Below the pieces are notes generated by a model. That model saw only the letters and a list, made by a program, of their open reading frames with translations, did not search any database and was not told the origin of the DNA. Source: Candidatus Micrarchaeia archaeon (GTDB taxonomy: Archaea; Micrarchaeota; Micrarchaeia; Micrarchaeales; CABMGC01). Taken from it: a DNA stretch of 44,299 nucleotides. This document shows, in pieces, positions 34,932 to 44,299 of the stretch. Each line of letters opens with the position of its first letter. The first letter of the stretch is position 1. Both the position numbers and the translations under genes were made by a program. The stretch covers positions 1 through 44,299 of the forward strand of contig JBMFIM010000006.1 in NCBI GenBank assembly GCA_049976305.1, read 5' to 3'.

Positions 34932-36557
34932 ATGCCTACATCCTCGCATTCAAGAAAATACCTGTATAGCCTTCTCGGCTATCAGCCGAGCGATGAAGAG
35001 CTATCAAAGCTTCTCGATTCATTGGGCATGACATTGGACAATGCAAGCAAGGAAAGCATAGAGGTAGAGTACCAGGCAAACAGGCCAGACCTTATAAGCA
35101 CAGTCGGCCTTGCGAGGTCTATTCGCTACTTCACAGGCAAAAGAAGCTCTTTCGAATACAAGGTTGGGGAGCCTTTGCAGGGATTTGAGGTAAGCGTAGG
35201 CAGGCGCGTTGCTAAGATAAGGCCGTTTTTCGCCGCGATGGTTGTGAAGGGGCTTGAGCTAAGCAACGATTCCCTGCTAGACCTTATCAACTTTACAGAG
35301 AAGCTTACTATCACCTACGGCAGAAACAGGAAGCGCGTTGCCATAGGTCTTCACGACCTCAGCAAGGTCGAGCCGCCTTTGACTTATGACGCCTTCTCCG
35401 ACGAGGAGTACGACGCCCTGAGGAGCGGAAGAATGAAATACAGCGAGGTGCTGAAAAATACCAGCAAGGGCAAAGCCTACTCGCAGCTTTGCAATGTTGG
35501 AGAGTACTATTGTGCGCTTAAGGACAAGCGAGGAACCCTTAGCCTAATACCTGTCCTTAACTCGGAAAGGACCATGGTAACAGAAAAGACTACAGACATG
35601 CTGGTAGACATAACCGGAACAAACGGCTTTGTTGTGGGGAAGACTGCTGACATAGTTGCTGCAAACATGATAGACATGGGGGCTAAGGTATACAGGGTAA
35701 GCATAAAAAAGAATGGCAGGCAGTATGCAACGCCAAGTATGTCAACGCTGGAGCTTTCAATTCCTCTTTCAAGGTTCAGCTACGAGCTTGGGGTAAGGCT
35801 TGCATTCAACAACGTAATAAGCTTGGCAAACAAGATGGGCATTCAGGCTGCGCTTGTTGGAAGGAACATAAGGTTTACAGTGCCTGCCTACAGGGCTGAC
35901 ATAATAAACGATCAGGACATAGTAGAGGATATTGCAATAGCATACGGCTACGATTATATTCAGCCAATTCCTGTTGTGAGCATAAGGCAGGGTGCTTTAA
36001 ACGAAAGGCAGAAAACAGCTGACGAGCTTAGGCATATGCTCAATGGCCTTGGCTTCTTCGAGACGATGAGCTCCTACCTTACAAACGAGGAGACGAACTA
36101 TACAAAGATGAGGCTCAAGCCAGATTCAAAGCAGATAAGGCTTGCGAACGCCAAAGCCATTACCGTTACGATGATGAGAACATGGCTTTTGCCCTCTTTG
36201 CTCTTGGGTTTGGCCAAGTCGCAGCACGATAAGCTGCCGCACAGGCTTTTCGAGCTTGATATGCGCTTCTACCTCGACTCTGGCAAGGTGAAAGAGGCTT
36301 ATGACCTTGCAGGCATAGTCTCTGATTCAGCGATAGATTTCAATGAGCTGAGCAGTGTGGTAAGCGCCATTGCAAGCTTTTTGGGGAAGAAGCTTGAAAC
36401 GAAGCCCCTTGACCACGCATCTTTCATACCTGGCAGGTGTGCAAGCATATCGCTAGACGGCAAGCAAGTAGGCCTTTACGGCGAGCTGCACCCAGAAGTT
36501 CTTGAGAATTTCGGCATACAGGCCCCAGCGATGGCTTTTGAGCTCGAGCTTTTCTAG
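34932..36557 (+). CDS. pheT: Phenylalanyl-tRNA synthetase beta subunit
   Basis: NRPDLIS..GLAR, GRNRKRVAIGLHD, VPAYRADI...DIVEDIAIAYGY, GELHPEVLENF. Confidence 0.97.
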   Translation: MPTSSHSRKYLYSLLGYQPSDEELSKLLDSLGMTLDNASKESIEVEYQANRPDLISTVGLARSIRYFTGKRSSFEYKVGEPLQGFEVSVGRRVAKIRPFFAAMVVKGLELSNDSLLDLINFTEKLTITYGRNRKRVAIGLHDLSKVEPPLTYDAFSDEEYDALRSGRMKYSEVLKNTSKGKAYSQLCNVGEYYCALKDKRGTLSLIPVLNSERTMVTEKTTDMLVDITGTNGFVVGKTADIVAANMIDMGAKVYRVSIKKNGRQYATPSMSTLELSIPLSRFSYELGVRLAFNNVISLANKMGIQAALVGRNIRFTVPAYRADIINDQDIVEDIAIAYGYDYIQPIPVVSIRQGALNERQKTADELRHMLNGLGFFETMSSYLTNEETNYTKMRLKPDSKQIRLANAKAITVTMMRTWLLPSLLLGLAKSQHDKLPHRLFELDMRFYLDSGKVKEAYDLAGIVSDSAIDFNELSSVVSAIASFLGKKLETKPLDHASFIPGRCASISLDGKQVGLYGELHPEVLENFGIQAPAMAFELELF

Positions 36558-37738
36558 CTTTTAGCCAAGCTTGCTGCTTCTTCTTTGCTCAGCCCCATGG
36601 CCTCTAGCAAAGGCTCTGCAACTTCTTTTGGCATAAGCTTTAGGAAGGGCAGAAATTCTGTCCTCAGCTTCCTGGCGCTTGCATGCATGCCCTTCGAGAG
36701 CTTGGCAATTGCCAAGCTCGTTGCAAGCCTGCTTTCTTTGGTTTCGCTAAGTAGCTTTATCTGCTTGGGGAAGGAATAGCTCTTCAGCCTCGTCACATAG
36801 CCGCTTGAAGATATGCTCACTCCTGCAGATGCGAGCACGCTTGCATATTTTCTTAGCGCATAATAACTTAGCCTGCTAGCCTTGTGCTCGTACATGCTAG
36901 CATGCGCAAGCAGCTCGTAGGCCTTCTGCGCATCTTCTGTGCCGTATCTGTTCGGTATGTTCTCGTCTATCCACTTGAGCAGCATCTCAAACTCCACATC
37001 GCTGTTTTCGAATGCAGCGAGAGCTTTGCCAAAGCTTCTTGAGAGAAATATGGAATCTAGCACTTTGAATATCTCGTATTTCCTGTTTCTTATTCCCAAG
37101 GCTTCAAGCGCATTGCTTTTGCCGCTTATTGCAAACTCAAGGTCGTTTATTGCTCCGCGCATGTCGCCATTGCTGCGCAGCGCAATTTCCTTGAGCGCAT
37201 CCATGCCAATGTTTGCATGCTCCTTCTGTGATATCCTTGTTATGTAGGCAAGAACCTCGTCTGTGCTCAGCTGCTTGAACTCAACAGGCACTGCCACCTG
37301 TCTGAGGAATGAGATCTTTTGGCTCCAATAATCGTTTGCTATAAACATTATCGGCTGCTTGCTATTCCTCACCATGCTGAGTATTGCAGTTTGGGCTCCC
37401 TTGTCGAACTTCTCCGACAGTTCGTCTATTTCATCGAACACTATGAGGTTTGTCCTTGCAAAAAGGCCCCTTGACTGCGTAGCCGGAAGAAGCTTTTTGT
37501 TAAGTGTGTCTGCGTCCCTGTAATCGCTTGCTGCGAGAAGCAAAATGCCAAAGCCATAGGTTGCTGCAAGTGCTATTGCCGCTGTTGTTTTGCCCACTCC
37601 GCTTGGGCCATAGAGCATAAGCGGCTTTGGAATCCTGCCTTGTAGTATTTCCTCTCCGAATCTTTTCAAAGCTTCAATCGCCTGCCTATTGCCCACTATT
37701 CCATTAAGCGAAGCAGGTGCATATTTTTCGCAGAGCAT
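36554..37738 (-). CDS. rfcL: Replication factor C large subunit
   Basis: EKYAP, YGPSGVGKTT, ASDYR, FDEIDEL, IAND, GDMRGAINDL, WIDENIP. Confidence 0.9.
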   Translation of the reverse strand: MLCEKYAPASLNGIVGNRQAIEALKRFGEEILQGRIPKPLMLYGPSGVGKTTAAIALAATYGFGILLLAASDYRDADTLNKKLLPATQSRGLFARTNLIVFDEIDELSEKFDKGAQTAILSMVRNSKQPIMFIANDYWSQKISFLRQVAVPVEFKQLSTDEVLAYITRISQKEHANIGMDALKEIALRSNGDMRGAINDLEFAISGKSNALEALGIRNRKYEIFKVLDSIFLSRSFGKALAAFENSDVEFEMLLKWIDENIPNRYGTEDAQKAYELLAHASMYEHKASRLSYYALRKYASVLASAGVSISSSGYVTRLKSYSFPKQIKLLSETKESRLATSLAIAKLSKGMHASARKLRTEFLPFLKLMPKEVAEPLLEAMGLSKEEAASLAKS

Positions 37739-37792
37739 GCAAGCGCCTAAGCAAAGCCTAAAAAATACTAATTTTAATATTTATACAATTAT

Positions 37793-37829
37793 GTGATATC
37801 CACCCACCCGCAAACGGCGTGGGCTTCCC
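37793..37829 (-). mobile_element. IS200/IS605-family right-end-like hairpin (relic, no transposase in window)
   Basis: Minus strand GGGAAGCCCACGCCGTTTGCGGGTGGGTGGATATCAC: GAAGCCC-hairpin-GGG...TCAC layout typical of tnpB-carrying element ends. Confidence 0.6.
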
Positions 37830-37945
37830 AAGCGAACAAGGTATGATTGATGGAACAAAAAGGCATATGCACCTTTGCATACTGCGGTTCGCTCTATGTG
37901 CCTGTAAAGAGATTTCCCGCTCACGTTGTTAACTCTCTGCCTGCA

Positions 37946-38018
37946 GCTCCGATCGTCTAGTGGTCAAGGATAAAGCCCTCTCGAGGCTTAGACCCGGGTT
38001 CAAATCCCGGTCGGAGCA
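37946..38018 (+). tRNA. tRNA-Glu(CTC)
   Basis: Acceptor GCTCCGA/TCGGAGC; anticodon stem AAGCC/GGCTT with CTC at 37980-37982; T arm CCGGG-TTCAAAT-CCCGG. Confidence 0.96.
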
Positions 38019-41000
38019 TTACCTTTTTCTCTTTTTCTATAGAGGAAATATGCCAATACTGCTGCAACGATTCCAGCACCTAAAATGCCGCTTACGTCGC
38101 CAAAAGTAAGATAGTATTCGCCTATCTGGACTGTGGCATAGGAGGTGTTTGGTGCATAGTAGTAGTTGAGCTCGTTTACTGTTAACGCACTAGGGTATGG
38201 GCGTGCCAAATTGACAGTGTTTGCCTGTAAAGGCAAAGGCAAAACTTTTGCCTGCAAAGGCTCCATAGGTGTTCCGTAATAAACTGCTATTATTTGAGCG
38301 TTGCCGAGCGCAGATCCGCCTCCGCAAGCTACAACATTGGCTGAGAAATCGCCGTTTGCATTTGTTGTTGCTATGGCGAACAGGCCGAGCTGCGAAGTGC
38401 ATACGCCAGTGCCGTTTGGATAGATAGGCACGCAATACATCCTGTTGCCTAATGGCGTATAGCCGCAATTTGGATTATTATAGATGTTGCATGCCTTGTA
38501 GTTCTGCGCGTACATGCTGTTTGGCGGAGGGTTGCATTCTCCGAGTGCATTGAAAGACGGTGCATAGGTGATAGTGTTTGCATTTGCTGTAAGCCCGAAC
38601 CATTCAGGATTTGAGAGTTCGCATCCAGGCTGCTGGCTCGGCATGGCAATCGTACCTATCTGAGGCGCATTATAGGCGTAGGCGCACAATATGGCGTTGA
38701 CAGGATTGATAATTGCGTTGTAGCCTACAAAGTTAATGTCCCTGTCATAATAGAGGTATATGGGCTGATTTGCCAATGGCTGGCTCTGTCCGCCAGCTAT
38801 TCCAAATGGCGGCACATACGCAGAGCCTGTAATCTGAATTACTGTTTGATTGAAGTTTGTAGAAGAGACTTGCGGTTTAGTGGAAAGAGTAATCACTACA
38901 GGGTTCGCCAAATCAATAGCTATAGGTGTATAAATTGTGTTGTTGAACCTGTCGTTGAACAATAAGTTTATGAGGTGGAACCCGAGATAATTGTTGAGGT
39001 TGAGCGTAAGGTTGCTTATTGAGCTAACCTGTTGATAGAAATCAAACAGCGGCACTTCTCCGAACTCTTGCAGGTAGTTATATTTAAGAGGGGCTTTAGC
39101 ATTTGGCATTAAGTTGTAAACGCCACTGGTTTCAATTGTCTGATAGGCAGGCATTACTATTTGGTACTGGTTGAATAGCTTTGCTGTAGCTTTTTGGCTT
39201 GGCTTTTCATAGTAATACTGGACTATCTGGTATTGTTGGGTTTGCAAACTATTCAATATTGTTTGCTTGTTTTGCGAACAGTCCTCAAATGTGCTTGAAA
39301 TCGTGTCGCAGTTGGTAATGTTCGCACGTACATAGCCGAACATTCTGTTGTTCTCTATTTCGTAGAAAACGTAAGGAGGCACTATTGTTGAAGTTAGGTT
39401 AGGAACGTAAAGCTTCTGCGTGTAAATGTCGTTTAGGTATGTGCCTGCATTTTCCAAGACGGTCTCAAAATTATTTGAGTTGGCCTTTGTAAGTGCAAAA
39501 GTATAGATTTTTTGCTCTGAATACTGTGGTGATGGCGTTTGTGGCTGCGTGTAAGGAGGAGAAAGGTAACTCGGCGGGTTGCACTCATCTAGGGTAACCC
39601 ACTGGCCTGTTATAGCATTTTGCGCTTTAGCATATTCGAACACTGCCGGGCCCCAGTTTTGGGCAAAGGAGTAAGTATAAGAGTATGGAACCAGAAGCTC
39701 GCCATTTATCCAGGTTTTGAGGTTCGTAGAAATCATAGGCATGCCAGTCGCTTGGCCGCTTACTTCAACATAGCCTGTAGAAGACCCACTAGAAGAGCTT
39801 GCAACGACTGTATAGGTTGTGCCAGGTTGCAGCTCTGAGCAGTAATCTGTAATATCCAGGCTTACCGGACCTGGGTTTGCGGTGTTAGATGCGCCGGGCA
39901 CTCCGTTGATCTTCAAGGTTATACTAGATGGTTGGTAAGGAGTGTTTGCAGTTATCACTGGCGATGCTGCTATGCAAATCTTGTTACCCTGTTGCTGCTG
40001 CACGCTCACGCTGGTTATTGAGGGCATTATCACCGGGTTGGTGTTTACTGTTATGGTGGTTTTTGTATGCTGGCCAGTAGTTGTATCTTTTGCCTCTACA
40101 CTTGTTGTGCCGGGAGCTATGCACGTGCTAGGCGATGAGCAAATGGTATATACCACAGAGCCCGTACCGCTAGCTACAACATTGCCTCCTATTAGAAGCT
40201 CTACTTGGTCGCCAGAGGATGAAGCTGTGGAAAATATTTGATCTGTTTCGCCATACGGCACATTGGTATACTGTATGCTTAAGGAAGGCGGGCCTTTGTT
40301 ATAGTAGGCAGGCCCCATACTAGGCGAGCTTTGGAAAGAATTGAGAAAGCCAGGCAGCGTTATTAGCTGCGTTGTGCCTGTATTCTCTACATATCGGAAT
40401 GGATTGGAGACGGTATAAACAGGAGGCAGCATATACTTTAGTTGATCCAGTTCGCTGCATACGCCATTGTTATTATTGCTACTGTACTTGCTGCTATCAA
40501 CATAGCAGTAGTATGGAGGCTGGCCTTGGAAAAGTTTGGTATAGTTCTGTACGTTCACCCTTGCGTTGAGCACAAGCTCGTCATATTGTGGTGAGTTGGG
40601 GGTTGAGCAGGAAGTCAAGCCAAGCCAGCTTCCTATCGTGCATAGTGCGTTTTTGATTTGGCCCCATATGCTTTGTGGAATCGGAGTTTTCTTCATTATA
40701 AGGTCTACTGTGGAATTGTAGTCGACTGAGAACCCTAGCTGTGGCGCAACAAAGCTCGATGAAATTTCAGGGCCTATTGGGGAGTAGCCGCCGTGGTAGT
40801 TGCTAGGAAGGTTGTTTGGCCAATAGTTGCATGAGGAGGAAGAGCAGAAGGTTACTGTATCGCCCTTGATAGTTATGTTGGCAGAGAGCGGCCAGCCATA
40901 AGGCGGATATGTGTAGTTGCTTGTGGCTGTGCTAGATAGGGAATAGTAGGTAGAGGATTTTGTCTGTGTATTTGCAACGCATGACCATGAATACTTGTTT

Positions 41001-43738
41001 CCGTATCCATTGTAAATCTCTGTAGAAACAAAGTGGCATTCATCCGCCGGTACGCAGCTTACGCCTGCAGGAGGTGTAGAGGAAGAGGAGGTGTAGATAT
41101 TTGATATGTCCACCGTTGCTTGGGTTATAGAGTTAACAGTTGTGCACTGCTCTTCCTGCCACACGTCATTGAACATGGTTGGGTTAATGGGCACGCTGTA
41201 GCCTGTAGAGTTGATAACGCGAAGAAGGAGAATGTTATAGTTAGCTACGGGGCATCTGCCAACAACCCATCCATCTAAATTCCAGTTAACCCCAAACAGA
41301 CCACAGTCGTAAGTACCTAAGCTACCAGCCCAATCATCTAGAACATACAAATATCCGTTGATGTCTTCCAATCCAAGTGGATGGTGGAATGCTGCTTTGT
41401 CAAAATCTGTTTGCGGATCAAATTGGCCTCCGTGCGCGCTTGCAATCACATTCGGCGCTGCTACGCCATTGAACTTCACGCCGTAGAGGCCCCCGTTGTA
41501 TAGATAGTCTGTTATGTTTACAAGCACCTGCTGGCCCAGGCTAGGCATCGAAGTGCCAAACGAAAGGCTCATGTTGCCTGTGAAGTTTATGAAATTGCCT
41601 ACTGTGAACTCATAAATATAGCCTTTTTTCGGCGTTGCAGCAAACAGCATGTCGCCTGTCGGAGGTGCGGCAATCTCAGGCAGCACCGGTACTTGTGTAC
41701 TAACAGCCCAAGACTCGGTAGTGTTTACTACCTCAATGCCTGTCGGAGTAGTAATCAGGCCTAGAATAAAAGGATGACCTCCATTGATCTCTCCTGTTAT
41801 GAATGCATCCCCTTTATCGTCGGCAGTCACATTGAACGGCGTAAAAGGTGTGCTCATGCTCGACAGTATTCTTGACGCTATGCTGCTTATGTCATAGCTT
41901 GCTACAACATATGTGCTTGTGTTCTGCGCCTCTATTACATTTGCCCAGTATGCATTCCATTCATTGTTCCATTCTTGCTGGTCTGTCTGGTTTGGTATGT
42001 TAGAATAGGAAGGCGGATAGTTGCTCATGTTGTAGTAGCCTTTAGGAATGAGCCTCAGAACTGTAAGGTAATACTGGTTGTTGCTTGACTGATTGAGCAC
42101 AAACACGTAGTCGTTTGGTATCGCCGCTATTGAGATCGGGTTTGCGACATAAGGGCTCTTCATGCCCAGCATGCTGAGGACGTTGTTAAGAGCTTGTACG
42201 GAATTGCCTTTGTTGGCTTTGCTAAGCAGCTTGTTTATGTTGCCTGCTATGCTTGACATTGCCTGCTGCAAGCCTTTAGGAAAAGAAATGACATTGCTTG
42301 GCGAAGATACAAGTATGCCGTTGTAGTTTATGTAGAACCTGCTGGGCGTGTCTATTGGGAAAGGCTCCTCTGTATTCGAAGGAGTGTAGTAATTCCAGGG
42401 GCTGAATATATCATAGCTATTCCAAAGTTGCTCGCCTCCAGGAGAGGGCAGCAGGTAGTTGAATTGGAAATAGGGCAATACGCTAGTATAGAAAATGTTG
42501 GTGCTTGTCTGGCCTTCTCCACTGCTCTGCTGGTTTTGTATAATTTCGTTGAATGGTATTTGCGTATTTTGCATATTTTGCAGGTCAAGGTTTGCTTGGT
42601 AATTGTAGGTGTAGTAGCAGTCGTATGCAGAATAGATTATGCTTGTGGTTGTGCTCGTGCTGCTTGTTGTGGTTGAAGTGGTGATTGTTGTAGTAATGCT
42701 TGTAGTAGTGGCCGTAGATGTCGAGCCTGATGATTGAAACAGCATTTGCGTCGGAATGGTGGTAGAGGCAGAAGAAACCGTTGCAGAGCCAGTTTGCTGG
42801 CTCTTGCCAGAGAAGGAAAATGAGGGTAAGTATGTGCAATAAGGTAAAGGATACTTGCAGGAATAGCTGACGACATACTGCGGGTTAATGCTTACGTGCA
42901 ACTTGTTCGGCTGCGCATTGTCGAAATCTGCAAACGGCGCATACCAAGTCCAAATTGCATGCTGTGCCACTGAAGGCACCTGCTGGAAGATGTAGGTATT
43001 TGATGTGAAACCGTTTGAAATTATGTCTAGGCCTTCCAGCATCGGCGACATTGCGAGTATGTTGATCTGCAAATCTGCTGGGTTCAACACCTTCATGTTG
43101 CCTACTGTTCCACTTGCAAATTGCGTATTGCTCCACGTTATTGTCAAGGGCAATATTACGTTGGTTTGGAGTTGGCTTGTCGTAGATTCGCAAGCAGCTC
43201 CTGCGATATAGGGGAATTGGCCAGTATATGGATATGTATAAAAGTAGTCTTGGGTTGTTGGGTTTTTGTCGCTAGTTAGAGGGCAAATAAGCAAAGCTGT
43301 AGCTGTTTGGCTATTCGAGTAGTTTACTTCATTGGCTGGAGAAAACTCATAGGTTTGTGGCAAGGTATTAGGTGCCAATATGTACGCGCTTCGTTGATAG
43401 CTTGTGGTTATGCTCTCTTGCACACCGCACGGCAGATACCCTCCAATTTGTTGTGTTGCGTAGGTGTTATAGGTATAGCTCGTATAGGCGCAGCCAGAGG
43501 ATGAATATGAAGTAGGGCTTATGCCGGCATTGCAGTAATCGCTGCAAGAAGTCCCAGAGCCTCCGCTACTGCTTGTAAGGCCCAAATTAACAAAGCTCTG
43601 CAGACGGTTATATGTGGTTCCTGCCGATGAGTTTATGTGCGAACCAGTAACAGTTAAAGGAAATGAAGCTTTGGCGTAAAGGAAGGCCGCCACACTTAAA
43701 ACTAATAATAAGCCTTCAAAGGCATTAGCCTTCGCCAT
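38000..43738 (-). CDS. Giant (~1912 aa) Cys-rich cell-surface glycoprotein with C-terminal membrane anchor
   Basis: Probable start MAKANAFEGLLLVLSVAAFLYA (signal); S/T/N/Y/P-rich beta-type body, many Cys and sequons, Thr-rich linker; C-terminal GILGAGIVAAVLAYFLYRKREK. Confidence 0.85.
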   Translation of the reverse strand: MAKANAFEGLLLVLSVAAFLYAKASFPLTVTGSHINSSAGTTYNRLQSFVNLGLTSSSGGSGTSCSDYCNAGISPTSYSSSGCAYTSYTYNTYATQQIGGYLPCGVQESITTSYQRSAYILAPNTLPQTYEFSPANEVNYSNSQTATALLICPLTSDKNPTTQDYFYTYPYTGQFPYIAGAACESTTSQLQTNVILPLTITWSNTQFASGTVGNMKVLNPADLQINILAMSPMLEGLDIISNGFTSNTYIFQQVPSVAQHAIWTWYAPFADFDNAQPNKLHVSINPQYVVSYSCKYPLPYCTYLPSFSFSGKSQQTGSATVSSASTTIPTQMLFQSSGSTSTATTTSITTTITTSTTTSSTSTTTSIIYSAYDCYYTYNYQANLDLQNMQNTQIPFNEIIQNQQSSGEGQTSTNIFYTSVLPYFQFNYLLPSPGGEQLWNSYDIFSPWNYYTPSNTEEPFPIDTPSRFYINYNGILVSSPSNVISFPKGLQQAMSSIAGNINKLLSKANKGNSVQALNNVLSMLGMKSPYVANPISIAAIPNDYVFVLNQSSNNQYYLTVLRLIPKGYYNMSNYPPSYSNIPNQTDQQEWNNEWNAYWANVIEAQNTSTYVVASYDISSIASRILSSMSTPFTPFNVTADDKGDAFITGEINGGHPFILGLITTPTGIEVVNTTESWAVSTQVPVLPEIAAPPTGDMLFAATPKKGYIYEFTVGNFINFTGNMSLSFGTSMPSLGQQVLVNITDYLYNGGLYGVKFNGVAAPNVIASAHGGQFDPQTDFDKAAFHHPLGLEDINGYLYVLDDWAGSLGTYDCGLFGVNWNLDGWVVGRCPVANYNILLLRVINSTGYSVPINPTMFNDVWQEEQCTTVNSITQATVDISNIYTSSSSTPPAGVSCVPADECHFVSTEIYNGYGNKYSWSCVANTQTKSSTYYSLSSTATSNYTYPPYGWPLSANITIKGDTVTFCSSSSCNYWPNNLPSNYHGGYSPIGPEISSSFVAPQLGFSVDYNSTVDLIMKKTPIPQSIWGQIKNALCTIGSWLGLTSCSTPNSPQYDELVLNARVNVQNYTKLFQGQPPYYCYVDSSKYSSNNNNGVCSELDQLKYMLPPVYTVSNPFRYVENTGTTQLITLPGFLNSFQSSPSMGPAYYNKGPPSLSIQYTNVPYGETDQIFSTASSSGDQVELLIGGNVVASGTGSVVYTICSSPSTCIAPGTTSVEAKDTTTGQHTKTTITVNTNPVIMPSITSVSVQQQQGNKICIAASPVITANTPYQPSSITLKINGVPGASNTANPGPVSLDITDYCSELQPGTTYTVVASSSSGSSTGYVEVSGQATGMPMISTNLKTWINGELLVPYSYTYSFAQNWGPAVFEYAKAQNAITGQWVTLDECNPPSYLSPPYTQPQTPSPQYSEQKIYTFALTKANSNNFETVLENAGTYLNDIYTQKLYVPNLTSTIVPPYVFYEIENNRMFGYVRANITNCDTISSTFEDCSQNKQTILNSLQTQQYQIVQYYYEKPSQKATAKLFNQYQIVMPAYQTIETSGVYNLMPNAKAPLKYNYLQEFGEVPLFDFYQQVSSISNLTLNLNNYLGFHLINLLFNDRFNNTIYTPIAIDLANPVVITLSTKPQVSSTNFNQTVIQITGSAYVPPFGIAGGQSQPLANQPIYLYYDRDINFVGYNAIINPVNAILCAYAYNAPQIGTIAMPSQQPGCELSNPEWFGLTANANTITYAPSFNALGECNPPPNSMYAQNYKACNIYNNPNCGYTPLGNRMYCVPIYPNGTGVCTSQLGLFAIATTNANGDFSANVVACGGGSALGNAQIIAVYYGTPMEPLQAKVLPLPLQANTVNLARPYPSALTVNELNYYYAPNTSYATVQIGEYYLTFGDVSGILGAGIVAAVLAYFLYRKREKGNAPTGI

Positions 43739-43925
43739 CAGATCTATAATAGAATATACGCCAATATATATAATAGTATTTCTGAGGTTCAAAAAAGCAA
43801 AAGAGAGCAAATAAAAAAGCAGATAAACTTTTCTTCCTCTCTACGTCTGTCTAATATCTTCGTCAAATGCAGAATTTTGTTTCTACATTTGGCAAATTAA
43901 TGTATTGATTATACACCAAGATTTA

Positions 43926-43940
43926 GAAATATTTAAATAC
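43926..43940 (+). promoter_or_regulatory. Candidate BRE/TATA promoter for the S-layer gene
   Basis: gaaatatTTAAATAc about 36 nt upstream of ATG 43976. Confidence 0.5.
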
Positions 43941-43975
43941 TTTGTCATTCATGTATTTTGCAGTTAAGTGATAGA

Positions 43976-44299
43976 ATGAATACACACAGAGTAAAGAGGA
44001 TTGCGGTATTGGCTGGCGCCTTGTTGATGGGCGCGGTTATCGCAGGACCAGTTTCCTTTAGCAACATACCGATCATAAACAGCGCAGGTCAGCCGGTAGT
44101 GCAGATAGTAGTAGGCTCTCATTCAGCACCAAGCGACGGCGTTGTGGCAGCAAACATTGCTGCGGTAATAGGCAATTTGGCATACACCTCGACGCCTGTA
44201 ACTGCAACAGTACAGGGCACAAGCGCTGTTAAGTGCGTGCCTGCAGCAACAGCCACTTGCACTGTTACAAACCAGCAGGTCTGGCTTGGCGAAAGCGGC
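43976..44299 (+). CDS. S-layer protein, N-terminal part (runs off window end)
   Basis: Not in the ORF track. MNTHRVKRIAVLAGALLMGAVIAG signal, then QIVVGSHSAPSDGVVAANIAAVIGNLAY, the Methanococcales/DPANN-type S-layer N-terminal motif. Confidence 0.85.
   Translation, partial: MNTHRVKRIAVLAGALLMGAVIAGPVSFSNIPIINSAGQPVVQIVVGSHSAPSDGVVAANIAAVIGNLAYTSTPVTATVQGTSAVKCVPAATATCTVTNQQVWLGESG

Noticed and set aside
42640..42735. gtt/gtg/gta low-complexity tract as a DNA repeat element
   Set aside because: Explained by the Thr/Ser linker codons of the giant protein on the minus strand.
1..44299. CRISPR array, cas genes, rRNA, prophage structural genes, tRNA introns
   Set aside because: No regularly spaced repeats or recognisable motifs seen by eye; the three tRNAs fold without introns.

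Overview
Archaeal chromosomal window, most consistent with a DPANN archaeon (probably Micrarchaeota; inferred from the archaeal housekeeping genes, the KAQSAMEYLMTYGWAILIIAVVL pilin motif and the S-layer N-terminus). The backbone is housekeeping: glyS, OGG1-like glycosylase, translin, dph2, uL16, AK6, CCA enzyme, speE, HMG-CoA synthase, acyP, beta-CASP RNase, uL15/uL30, thyX, pheST, rfcL, three tRNAs and an S-layer gene. Three accessory features stand out. (1) The ~120-nt 3' end of a type IV pilin-LamG adhesin gene occurs three times in direct orientation (106-227, 15138-15273, 16594-16709). Each orphan copy directly follows a mobile-type cargo gene (HicA toxin; ATPase/PD-(D/E)XK protein), and the intact gene has GC-rich conserved ends around an AT-rich core, suggesting an adhesin cassette-exchange/cargo-capture system. 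(2) A tightly coupled Ced/T4SS-like operon (5422-11495) encodes a VirB2-like pilin, a CedA/VirB6-like membrane protein, an apparently split VirB4, a 40-aa membrane peptide missed by the ORF track and a second HerA/VirB4 ATPase. (3) A MoxR ATPase is paired with a HExxH-VWA protein near an 886-aa helical-repeat protein. Also noted: a tRNA-Ala with A18/G55 in place of G18/U55, an IS200/IS605-like end, and a ~1900-aa surface protein whose stop codon lies inside tRNA-Glu. All calls come from reading motifs by eye; no searches were run.
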